The translations under genes and the position numbers were made by a program. Source: Chrysomallon squamiferum (taxonomy: Eukaryota > Animalia > Mollusca). From it: a stretch of DNA of 64,000 nt. Below, piece by piece: positions 38,191 to 51,420 of this stretch (within the stretch, counting starts at the first letter, position 1; each line of letters opens with the position of its first letter). The notes under the pieces are model-generated. The model ran no database searches. It saw only the letters and a program-made list of their open reading frames with translations, and was not told where the DNA came from. The stretch lies in the NCBI GenBank assembly GCA_012295275.1, contig CM022678.1, forward strand, positions 18,228,001-18,292,000, read 5' to 3'.

Positions 38191-38849
38191 GTTTTTTTCA
38201 AAACATTTTAATTTATTTTTATATACTGAACAAAGTAATTGTTTAAGCAGCTAAATAAACATGAAAAAACTGACTTAAATATAATCTTTATCTGTGATAT
38301 GGAAACATGATTACCATGGCTGTTAATTCTTTCAGGTTCTAGTACCAACTGTATCCTCAGAAACTTGATTTTATTATTTATTTATTTTCCTGACTCAGCA
38401 AAGGGAAAACATCCATTCTGAAGGTAAAAAGAAAACATTTAAACTGTAGCACAAGAGGAATTAATTTAAATAGCTTATTAAACCCCACAAAAAACTATGG
38501 CATACTTTGTATAAAAACATGAGAAATTAGTTGTCTATTGTTGCCTTATTTTGTTTTACATTTTTTAGTTTCTATTCTGTTGTTAGAATCCTACATAATT
38601 AGGAAACTATCTTGATGTAGGGATTTCCATTCACAAAAAAATAATTATGTGATAATTTCTATTTTTTTTATTTTATTTAATAGGTGTGTATAAAAAGATT
38701 GGGAGGAGAATAAATGTCATGAATTTCATTTTTTTTGTTTTTATTGATTATTATTATATATTTTCTTAAGATTTGTTATGTTATTCACCCTACCACAGTT
38801 TCTTGTTTTTTTTTTGAAAACATTCAAAATAGATTCTGATAGTCATGGA

Positions 38850-39795
38850 TCTAACCTCTGCAGACTGATAGTTGATGGTACAGTTTCTGTAGATTTTATA
38901 TTGGTTGGTCTATATATTTTGTAGATTGATAGAGGTAGGCCTAGTTTCTGTAGACTCATAGTTGTTTTTTCTAGAGAGGCATTGTGGCTTGTTTTCATGT
39001 TACAGATACAGAGATCAGTACTTGTTTTATTCCTATTTGTATTTTATTGTTAAACATCTTTATACATTTCTGTAACATTGAAAGGACATTGTGCTCTGAT
39101 GTTACTGTACACATATTACTACATATTTTTAAAATATGTTTAGATTCTGTAAATAGGGACTTGTCTGTCTAGCTGATGTCTTCTTGTAGCTTAATACATT
39201 TTATATTCTAGACTGGTTAATGGCAGGCAGTTTAAGGTGCTCATTAAAATAAATTTAAATTGTGCCTTTTTAAAAAAGATAAAAAAAATCTTCTCTTATT
39301 TGCTTGGTCTAAAAACAAGTCTTCAATTTGGAGATGTTTAAATCAATTCGTACACTTCAGCTGTGGATATTTTTTGGTCATAGATTTTTGACACATTTAG
39401 TAAATTCTATGTATTTTAAATCCTGTAGTGTTTGGAGGAGAAATGACTGGATTGAGAAAATAAACTTTTCTGAATGGTGCTTCTCTGAAGGTTGTTTTTC
39501 AGATTTTTATATACATTCTGTAAAATTCTTAAAATCTTGTTTTGTAAATTATATTTTTAGATATGTTTTTGGTTTTATTTTGTATCTTCTTCAGTAATTT
39601 CTCAATATGAGTTTATTATTAGAACCTAGTTGTGGATGTAGTTTCAGTAGTTTGATAGCTGTGGTTCTAACTTCTATTGACTGATAATTTTGTGTCTAGT
39701 TTCTCTAGTTTGATAGTTGTGTGTCTAGTTTGTGTACATTGATAATTGTGGTTCTAACTCTGGACTGAAAATTGTGGGTCTAGTTTTTATAAATT
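38850..39795 (+). repeat. Degenerate ~29-bp minisatellite (TCTAGTTTCTGTAGACTGATAGTTGTGG-like) in two blocks
   Basis: Blocks at ~38850-38970 and ~39625-39790; related copies at ~43160-43250 and ~48257-48355. Confidence 0.75.
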
Positions 39796-42669
39796 GCCCA
39801 GTTCATCTTTTCTAGAATGGACTCTAGGTTTGTTTTCATGAAACCACTGTTTGTTTTATTTTATTTTTATTGTTTTATAATATTTATTTTTACAATTCTG
39901 TAACATTGGTACGACATTTTGCTCTGTATCTTACTGAAAGTTCTTTACAAGAAACTTGCTCAGTATCAGAGTTAGAACTGGAGTCTTGCATTTAGTGAAA
40001 CTTCTTTGAATCAGTATAGAAAGAGACTAGGTTTAGTTTCTTTTTTAAAGTGCACAGAATATTCTGTTTTTACCTGCCAATGATTTTGGTATTTTATAAC
40101 GATATAAATCAGGTAGGAAGATGTAATCACTGAAATTATTATTATTATTATTATAGTCATCAACATTGTCATCATTATCATTATTACTATTATTAAAACA
40201 AAATGTATTTCTTTGTTTTATTTTTTTTTGCATTATTCACCATGTTTCACCACTTACAAATGGGAATGAAGATTTTGAGTTAAAATAGGTTTTCTGTGCT
40301 TTGATATAATTATTATATATATTTTATAAATACTTCTTTTAGTCATCTACAGAAACAAGAAGATATGGCAAATTTTATTCATTTTCTTCAGTAGGATGTT
40401 GAAGTGACATTCTCAATGATTAGTTGATAGGAGAACTCATACTAAATGATTAATAGGAACACTGCTCTGTAACAGTGCTTGAATGAAATCTGATAAACTT
40501 TTTCTTGAAAATGTTTATATAAATGGAGTGTTGACTATTTTGCTGTAAGAAATCATTTGCGTGAATACACATTTTTATATTTATATGTTTAGTTTTTAAT
40601 TATTTGATCATTTTTAAAATTATTATTAATTTTCAATTGAAAATGTTGATAATCTTTCTATGAATACCACTGAATACAGTTTGATCATTAAAACTTCTTA
40701 ATAGATCGCTGGTGTTTTTTCATAATCTGATGTTGTCATTTAGAGTGTGTAACTACATTTTTGCATTATTAAGTAAACTAAATAAGAAATAAATAAAAAA
40801 GTTTAGGAATTTGATAATGTAAAACATCTGTAAAGAAACATTGCATTTTCCTTACATCAGGTGAGATTATCATTTTTACTTTTATTTATTTATTTATTTA
40901 TAATCTGTTTGAGGATTAATTTTAAAAAGTTTCCTATCAGTTGACATCCTGTTGATCTGAATTGATGTAACGATAATAAATGCTTCTCTTTCTGTAAAAT
41001 ATTTGTTGGTGAGTAGGCAGTGATAAATTTTCTACACTGACCAACTGCTATATAATTTGTATTTAGAGCTCTGTAAGGAACAGAAGTCCATCCTACTGTG
41101 AGTTGATTTTACATTAGTTAAAACACACACACATACACACACACACACACGCATGTGCTATTTTGTTGAAATAGTATAGTGTGGAAAATTTGCTGTAAGC
41201 AAGACTTCCAAGATGTGGCTAATTGATCTGTTTTCTTTAATAAATTGTTGTGTTTTTTGTTTAGTTGGATCTTGAGAAAACATTTTTTTGTGTATTACAA
41301 GTGGACTCATTCTTATGGTTCTTTCAATGTAATTTGAAAAGTACAGAAGGAGCAAACTTGATTCTGAAGAAAACAGACATCTGTACGTTATTGTGTGTAA
41401 AAGTTTTGAAATCTTTTCTTACCTAGCAAAAGTTTTATTATATAATATTGTATATAAAGATGAACCATTATGACACTCATAAAATAAAGAATAAAAAATA
41501 AAATAAAGTTTAATAAATTATATGGTATACTATTTTGTTCAAGTATTACAAGATTGGTAAAAAAAAAATAATAAATAAATAAAATAAAGATTAATAAGTT
41601 ACATAGTATACTATTTATGAGATTAATAAAAAAATAAAAATAAAATAAATGAAGAAGATTAATAAATTATACAGTACAATTTTTCTTGTAGTATTACTGT
41701 GGGTAAGTTTTGAAATCTGTTGGAACATTCTAACATTCATGTTTTAGTTCTAAAATAAGAAAGAAAAATAGTAGGATTATAAATTAATATTATCTGTTAT
41801 TTACGATATGAACTTTTTTACTTTATTCCTAAAAGCAGTACCTGAAATTTCAAAGTAAAGCTAAAAATAAACTTTTCTGAATGAGACTTCTCTGGATGTT
41901 ACTTGTTTTTGTAACTCTTTTATGTACTCTGTAAAATTCTTAAAACATTTGTTCATTTTGTAAATTATAATTCCTTTTATTGTCTATTGAAACACATTGT
42001 GTGTCTTCTGTCACAATTTCTCCATATGCCTTTATTACTAGAGCCTTAGCAAAGTCTCTACATCAATCAATGATCTGGAAATGTCAAAGGATATTAACAT
42101 TTTCTGTAAAAGTTCAGATCTGGTAAAATAGCCAGTGTTAATTGTCATAAGTATTTTTTATTTATTTTTTTATTTTAATCCTAAGTTGTACATAAAGTCT
42201 AGCAGTGAGAGGTAGTTTTAGATTTTCTGTAATTCTCTGCTTTGCAAAATGTTATGATAGATTCCTTGTATAATTATTTTTAAGGCATATAACTTACTGC
42301 ATTCTTTGATGCAAAAGACTTGCAGATACATTCAGAGATCAGTTTTTGGTTCCTGTTTTAGTTTTAAAATAAGAAAGAAAAATATGAGGAATATACATGA
42401 ATATTCTTTCTTATTTATTTCTATGAACTGTATTCAGTTTGACTTTATTGCTAAAAGTAATATATGGTTCAAAAAACTTAAAAATAAACTTTTTGATTGA
42501 TACTTCCCTGAATGTTATATTCTTTCTGTAGAATTCTTAAAATCTTGCTTTGTAAATTATATTTTAATATTTGTGTTTGCATTTATTTTGTTTTTTCTTC
42601 AGGAATTTCTGAATATGAGTTTATTATTAGAACCTTAGCAAGGCTTCTGTATTTGTTGGAAATGTCAGC

Positions 42670-45600
42670 CGATGTTTTCCATTTTCTGTAAAAGGATTTC
42701 ACATCTGGTGAAGTATCCTGTGTTAACTGTCGACAATTTTTTGATGTTAAGATATATATATATATAGTCTGCTAGTGTAAAGTAGTTACAAACTGATGTG
42801 TAATTCTCCTGAATTCAAAGTGAATGGCCATATTCTCTGTATAATTATTATTAAGACATTTTAACTGACTGGATTCTTTGATGGAAAAGACTCCCAGATA
42901 CATTCAAATTTCTGTATCTGTTGTTGCTTTGTCCACCTTGCTTTGTAATTTTAACCTTATTTTTATTAACTGCAGCCATTATTCACATTTGAACCCAGCA
43001 AAGTCAAGCTGTAAGATTTTTTACAGTGACAGTATTGTTTATCATCTTGTTTATGTTTCACCAGTGCATGGCTTCTAATGTGAAGGTGAGGTTTCATTCT
43101 TAGGCTTTATCCATTGGTAACATTTGGTTATCTCTGTGTAGTTTGTTATTGTGAAACAGGTTCTATAGGCCGATGTGTTGGGTTTAACTTCTGTAGACTG
43201 ATATTGGTAGGTCTATCTTCTGTAGACTGATACTGGTGGGTCTAACTTTTGATGTCACTTACAGTGTATATCTATTTTTGTTTTATTAAGTAAAATACAT
43301 AAGAGAGAAACAAACAATGATTTGATACTTGATAATGTAAAACATCTTTAAAGAAACTTTGCATTTTCCTTACTACAGGTGAGATTATTATTTATACTTT
43401 TATTTATTTATTTATTTATATCATTTTGTGTTGTTAAAAAAAGGAGAAAATCTGTCAGTTGGCATGTTGTTGATCTATAGTTGATGTAAGGATAATAAAT
43501 GCTTCTCTTTCTGTAAAATATTTGTTGGTGAGTACTGATACATTTTCTCCATTGTCCAACTGTTTTATAATTTGTATATAGATCTCTCTAAGGAACATAA
43601 GTCCACCCTATTGTGTGGTTGATTTTACATTAGTGAAATGTACAGAAAGAGCAAACTTCATTCTGAAGAAAATAAAGATCTGTATGTTATTGTGTGTAAG
43701 AGTTTTGAAGTCTTTTCTTACCTAGCAAAAATGTTATTATCTAATAAGATTAAGCATTATGAGATTCATAAAATAAAGAATAAAAAATAAAATATTATGT
43801 AGTATATTTTGTTCAAGTATTACAAGATTCACAAAAAAAAAAATAAAAATAAAAAAATAAAAATAAAAATAAATAAATAAAAATAATAAATAAAGAAAAT
43901 AAAGATTAAAAAATTACATAGTATTCTATGTTGTTGAAGTATGAGATTCATAAAAAAATAAAATAAAAATAAATAAATAAAATAAAAGAATAGAAATGAA
44001 ATATAAATAAATAAGTAAAGATTGATAAATATGTAAAAAAATATGTAAAAAAAAAGATAAATATCTGTATGTAAAAGTTTTGAAATCTGGTGGAATGTCT
44101 TAACAGCAGTTTTGTTGTCTGTTGTATATAAAGATCAACCAGTTAACATTACTTAGTTATAATAGCTTATTCAGTTAAATGAGAAAAGATGGCTATACCT
44201 TTCTCATGCAACATTTTCTGTATAATGATTACTAAAATGTCTTAAATGAACATTTGTTCTAAAGTAGACACTTTTCTCTATTTTTCAGTGTGTGAAATTG
44301 TTTTTGTCAATTATGTGTGAGAATGTTTTTTTAGAACAAGACATTTTTTGTATATACATTCTATCAGATGTAAGAGATTCCAGAATTATCAACATTTTTC
44401 TCTTCAATTGATTTTATCCCTGTGAGGGCTGATCCCTCTATCATTGACATAATTAATAGCTGTAAAATGCCTTGTTATTTCAATTAAAGTTTGAACTGAG
44501 GACTGTAAAAACTGTATTTTATTTTCTTACATCAGTTTCAATAATCTTTCCTAATATCTTTCCAGACAGTTGCAGCAATGATTATTATTTACATATATTA
44601 TAATTATTATTTTTTTTTTTTGTGATACTTTGGAAATAGAAGCCAAGATAAAAATTGTACAACCCTAACCAGAATTGAATATTGTCTGGTTGACATTATT
44701 TACATCTGTAAAATGATTTGTCTTTTAAATTAAAATTTGGACTGAGAACTGTTAAAACAATTCAGTTCTCTATCGACCATTATTTTAATTTATATTATTT
44801 CTCTTTCTCTAAGTTACAAGTTTGTGGGTGGTGTTCTGTAGAGTGAACAGTGGTATGTGTCTACATTGTCTAATTAGTTTATAACAGTCAACAGTTTCAG
44901 AAAACATTCTGCATCTAACTTAGATGGTTATTTCAGTTTTATTAGGTCTGTATGTTTATTTTGTATGATGTATGTATATTAAATGACCTTTCTTATGACT
45001 TCTGTAAATAATAGAAATATTATTATGTTCTGCAAATTGTTCATATTCTTTTGTCCATTCTTGTATAAATCGAGCATCTATAAAGAGACAAAGTTTGAGT
45101 TCCAAGTTAACCCATCATTGTCTTGTTTCTTACTATTATCCATTTCTGAATCTGTTAAAGTAGATAAAACAGTCTTACATCTTGACACTGTCGTTTCTCC
45201 ACTGTCTATGTCTCGGTTAGAAGATAGGCAGCATATTTAATAAAATTGTGTTCTTGTTCTTTACATCTTTTCTTTCATAAAGATGTTTGACCTCTTATGT
45301 CATTGAAATTTGTTTTCTTTACAACTGTAAGTTTTAATTCTTTTGTTCAGTTAAGTTTGGTTATTTACAAGTTTATATATAATTAAATGTTAAGCAGTGA
45401 ACTGAGTTTTAACTTGCTTCAGCCAGTTTTTTTCTTTCTAGTTATTGTAACTTTCTACTGGTTTGTTTTTTTTTTGTTCTTTTTCATTCAAATCTGTGTA
45501 TTTACCATATTATTGTTAAGTTTTATGTCACACACTATTATGCTGGTATTAAGAACATACTTTTATATTTATACTGAGAATAGTATAAAACAAAAAATCC

Positions 45601-48476
45601 TTCAAATGACTGAGTTCAAATGAAACAGACAGTTCTTTATACTTGATTTATGTTTCATTTTGTGGGTAAAGACAGTTTAGTAAAGAAATTTTAGTGTTAT
45701 TATTTAGATAGAATGCTTTATTTTTATTAAGTAATAAGTAAAACATCTCTTTACCTTAACTTTCCAGTGACATGGAAAAATATCAATCTCTGATTAAAAC
45801 AAAAATTAAATTCTCATGTTTTCTAGTTTGTGTTTCTTTTTTAGAATCTGTCACAAATTAGAAAACTGCCTTGAGATCTTGATATAGTAACTTCTCATAA
45901 GTTTTAATTGACAAGAAAAGTAAAAAAAAATGTAATAATAATAAAATATATTTATGTAGCACATTATTGTTTATTTAGCGTTCTTCTTAAGTACTAATGT
46001 TACAGAAGTTTAAATACTATAATACAGGAACTCAGTGAATTCACTGGCTGAAACACACAGTTGTTTATATTTTTATTTGTCTTATTTTGTAGAGAACTTG
46101 TAGTAAAGACATTTGTGAAGAGACAAATCGTCATATTGGACATGTTTAGTCAGCTGAATTTGTACAATGTCTGTGACATTGTTGAAAACATGGAGATCAA
46201 CATGCAAGTTAAACTTCTTTGTTTTTGCTTCATGGTTTTTTGCTGTTTCTGAATCTGACACAGGTGGTGAAGCAACCTTATGACACTGATATAGTAATTT
46301 TGGCTGTGGATTATTTTTGGTTGTATGTTTTTTAATAGTTGTTTCATGTTTTGCTTAGAAATATTTGGATTGAGAAATCTGTTTCAGTGTTTTATCAGTC
46401 CTTTTAATTATGATCTCTTCTTGTTTTTTGTTAAACTTTTATAGTTGATAGAATTGCATGAGATATTTCCACAATTTTGGTAATTCCTCTTCAGTGGAAT
46501 CTTGTGTTTGTAACATACTCAATCAACAGTGTTAGAAACATTCATTATTTAATTCCAAATAAGAAAGGAAAATATGAGGACTATAAATAAGTAATATTTG
46601 TTAAATATTTCTATGAACTGTATTCATTGCTAAAAGTAATATATAAAATTTTCTGAATGCCACTTCTCTGAATGTTCTTTTTCAGATTCTTATGTTCAGT
46701 AAACAACTTAAAATCCTGCTTTGTAAATTATATTTTTAGATTGGTTTTTGCCTTTATTTAGTTTTTTCTTCAGGAATTTCTCAATATGAGTTTATTATTA
46801 GAACCTTAGCAAGGCTTCTGTATCAGTCGGTTGGCACGTTCTACTATTTGTTGGAAATGTCAGTAGACGTTTTCCATTTTCTGTAAAAGGATTTCACATG
46901 TGGAGAAGTATCCTGTGTTAACTGTCAATAGTTTCTTTGGAGTGTATATATAGTTAGCTAGTGATGTGTGGTTACAAATTGTTGTGTAATTCTCCAGTCT
47001 CCAAACTATCAGAATATATTCTCTGTATAATTATTATTAAGACATTTTAACTTACTGCATTCTCTGAAGCTCAGACTTTACACAGAATTGAAATATCAGT
47101 GTATATTGTTGTTCCGTTCATCTTGCTTTGTAATATTAAATTTATTTATTATTAATTGCAGCCAACATTCACATTAAAACTGAGTAAATACAAGCTGTAA
47201 GATGTTACACAATAGAATCACATTATTGTTTCTGATGTTGGCTGTTTCACCAGTGCATGGCTTCTAGTGTATTTTAAATGGGCTTTATCCATTGGTTACA
47301 TTTGGTTATTTATGTGCAGATTGTTTGTGTGAAACAGGTTCTGTAGGCTGATGCTGTAACATATTCCATCAGCATTGTTAGGTGGTGTAAACATTCATCT
47401 TTTAGCTCTAAAATAGGAAAGGAAAATAAAAGGAATATAAATGAATATTATCTGTTATTGACGGCAATGAACTGTATTCTGTTTTACTTTATTGCTAAAA
47501 GTAATATATGAAATTTTCAAAGAAAATGTTAAAATAAACTTTTCTGAATGGTACTTCCCTGAATGTTGTTTTTCAGATCGGTATATTTATTCTGTCAAAT
47601 TCTTAAAATCTTGCCTTGTTTTGTAAATTATATTTTTAGATTGGTTTTTGCTTTTATTTTGTATTTTCTTTAGGAATTTCTCAGTGTGAATTTATTATTA
47701 TAACCTTAGCAAGCCTTCTGTATCAATAGGTTGGATCGTTCCGATATCTCTTGAAAATGTCAGTGGATGTTTTCCATTTTCTGTAAAAGGATTTCACATC
47801 TGGTGAAGTATCCTGTGTTAACTTTCGACAATTTTTTGATGTTAAGATATATATATATATAGTCTGCTAGTATAAAGCAGTTAGAAAGTGATGTGTAATT
47901 CTTCCATCTTCAAAGTGACAGGTTATATTCTCTGTATAATTATTATTAAGACATTTTAACTGAGTGGATTCTTTGATGGAAAAGACTCCCAGATACATTC
48001 AGATTTCTGTATCTGTTGTTGCTTTGTCCACCTTGTTTTGTAATTTTAACCTTATTTTTATTAAATGCAGCCATTATTCACATTTGAACCCAGCAAAGTC
48101 AAGCTGTAAGATTTTTTACAGTGACAGTATTGTTTATCATCTTGTCTATGTTTCACCAGTGCATGGCTTCTAATGTGAAGGTGAGGGTTCATTCTTAGGC
48201 TTTATCCATTGGTTACATTTGGTTATCTCTGTGTAGTTTCTTATTGTGAAACAGGTTCTATAGGCTGATGTGTTGGGTTTAACTTTTGTAGACTGATATT
48301 GGTAGGTCTGTCTTCTGTAGACTGATACTGGTGGGTCTAACTTCTGATGTCTAATTTTGTGTTATTAAGTAAAATACATAAGAGAGAAACAGACAATGAT
48401 TTGATACTTGATAATGTAAAACATCTTTAAAGAAACTTTGCATTTTCCTTACTACAGGTGAGATTATTATTTATTT

Positions 48477-48511
<35 letters not shown>

Positions 48512-48923
48512 TATCATTTTGTGTTATTAAAAAAAAGAAAATCTCTCAGTTGGCATGTTGTTGATCTGTAGTTGATGTAAGGATAATAAATGCTTCTCTT
48601 TCTGTAAAATATTTGTTGGTGAGTACTGATACATTTTTTCCATTGTCCAACTGTTTTATAATTTGTATATAGATCTCTCTAAGGAACATAAGTCCACCCT
48701 ATTGTGTGGTTGATTTTACATTAGTGAAATGTACAGAAAGAGCAAACTTCATTCTGAAGAAAATAAAGATCTATATGTTATTGTGTGTAAGAGTTTTGAA
48801 GTCTTTTCTTACCTAGCAAAAATGTTATTATCTAATAAGATTAAGCATTATGAGATTCATAAAATAAAGAATAAAAAATAAAATATTATGTAGTATATTT
48901 TGTTCAAGAATTACAAGATTCAC

Positions 48924-48956
<33 letters not shown>

Positions 48957-51420
48957 AATAAATAAAAAAAAAATAAATAAAGAAAATAAAGATTAATAAA
49001 TTACATAGTATTCTATTTTGTTGAAGTATGAGATTCATAAAAAAATAAAATAAAAATAAATAAATAAAATAAAAGAATAGAAATGAAATATAAATAAATA
49101 AGTAAAGATTGATAAATTGTATAGTTATTTTTGTTGTAGTATTACTGAGGGTAAGTTCTGAAATCTGTTGGAGCATTCTAACAACAATTTTGTTGTCTAA
49201 TGTTGTTCATAAAGATTAACAAGGTAACTTTACTTAATCAAAACTTCAATTAAAATGAAGAAGAATAGCACTGTCGTTATGGAACATTGTTTCTATAATA
49301 ATTATTAAAATATCTCCAGTAAGCATCTGACATCATCCCTCTCTTCAGTTTCTTAGTAATTTGTGTTTGTATCAGTAGCAGACATTCACACTCTTCCAAT
49401 ATATTTATTCAGCTAGTTTGTCAAGGGTCTGTGAGTATAATTGATATCTACAGAAAGACTAAAGTTCAATGCCAAAAAAAAAAAGAGATAAATATCTGTA
49501 TGTAAAAGTTTTGAAATCTGGTGGAGTGTCTTAACAGCAGTTTTGTTGTCTGTTGTATATAAAGATCAACCAATTAACATTACTTAGTTATAATAGCTTA
49601 TTCAGTTAAATGAGAAAAGATGTGTACCTTTCTCATGCAACATTATCTGTATAATGATTATTAAAATATCTTAAATGAACATTTGTTCTAAAGTAGACAC
49701 TTTTCTCTACTTTTCAGTGTTTGAAATTGTGAGAATGTTTTTTTTTTTGTTAATTATGTATATGTATATGTATATGTATTTTTTTTTTTTCATTCTGCAA
49801 AGAAGTCTTCATATTGGCCATCTGCAGTTAACTGAATATCTGCTTTCTTCCACAAACAAAGAAGCCAGTAGTCCCCTAAGCAGTTTTAGTTTTATTTATC
49901 AAATTTCAACTTTTGTTGTTACATCTGTAGAAATTATATCTAGTTTTTTTCATTTGTCTAGTATTAACTTTATGTCATTGCATTTCTAGAAATTATAACT
50001 AATTTATATTCAAATTCATCATCATTTTCTGTACATTCTAGCAAATGTAAGAGATTCCAGAATTATCAACATTTTTCTCTTCAGTTGATGTTATCCCAAG
50101 TGACGGCTGATCCTTCTATCATTGACATAATTAATAGCTGTAAAATGAATTGTTATTTCAATTCAAGTTTGAATAAATAAATATATTTTATTTTTTATTA
50201 TGTTTCAATATTATTCAGACATTATGGCAAATTATTATTATTATTATTATTTTTATTTATTTATTTATTTAATTTTTTTTTTTTTTTTTGTGTGATACTT
50301 TGGAAATAGAAGCCAAGATAAAAAGTGTGTACAACCCTAACCAAAATTGAATATTGTCTGATTGACATCATTTACATCTGTAAAATGATTTGTCTTTTCA
50401 ATTAAAATTTGGACTGAGTACTGTTAAAACAATTCAATTTTCTAGATGGTTATTTCAGTTTTATTAGCTCTGTATGTTTATTTTGTCTGATGTATATTAA
50501 GTGTATATTAAATGACCTTTCTTACAACTTCTGTTAAAAATAAAAAAATTATTTTCGTTCTGTAAATTGTTCATATTCTTTTGTCCATTCTTGTATAAAT
50601 CGAGCATCTATAAAGAGACAAAGTTTGAGTTCCAAGTTAACCCATCATTGTCTTGTTTCTTACTATTATCCATTTCTGAATCTGTTAAAGTAGATAAAAC
50701 AGTCTTACATCTTGACACTGTCGTTTCTCCACTGTCTATGTCTCGGTTAGAAGATAGGCAGCATATTTAATAAAATTGTGTTCTTGTTCTTTACATCTTT
50801 TCTTTCATAAAGATGTTTGACCTCTTATGTCAGTGAAATTTGTTTTCTTAACTACTGTAACTTTTGATTATTTTGTTCAGTTAAGTTTGGTTATTTACAG
50901 ATTTATATATAATAAAATAATAGTGTATAGAACTAAGTTTTAACTTTCTTCGGCCAGGTTTGTCTTTCTATTTACTGTAACTTTTCACTCTTTTTGTTTT
51001 TTCATTCAAATTTGTTTGTTTACCATATCATTATATCACACACTTTTATATTGAAACTGAGAATACTGTAAAGTAAAAAATCTGTGAAATGATTGACTAC
51101 TGATGAAAGACACAGTTCTTTATACTTTGATTTACGTTTTGTTTTGTGGGTAAAGACAGTTTAGTAAAGCAATTTGACTCATGTCATTGTGTATGCTTTA
51201 TTTTTATTATACACTAAGTAAAACATCTTATTGCTTTTCCTTTCTGGTAACATGCAAAAACATCGTTATCTGATTAAAAAAACAAAATTTAAAAGTTTAA
51301 TTATCGTGTTTTCTATTTTGTATATCTTTATCAGAATCTGTCGCTAATTACAAAACTGTCTTGAAATGTTGATATAATAATTTATCTTAACTTTTAAATG
51401 ACAAGAAGGTAAAAAAAAAT
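42670..51420 (+). repeat. Higher-order direct duplication (~42.7-45.9 kb versus ~47.8-51.4 kb)
   Basis: Near-identical spurious ORFs recur at 42878/47964 and 44983/50567; the offset is 5.1-5.5 kb with internal indels. Confidence 0.88.

Noticed and set aside
47325-47385. Hammerhead-ribozyme-like GAA-ACAG-gtt-CTGT-A (stem III plus GUA triplet) followed by a hairpin in the repeat unit
   Set aside because: No correctly placed CUGANGA core or stem II (only CTGATGT/CTGATGC in unsuitable positions), and the motif is broken in other copies (GAATCAG at ~56316, CTATA at ~43163). An Infernal hammerhead search would settle whether it is a decayed relic.
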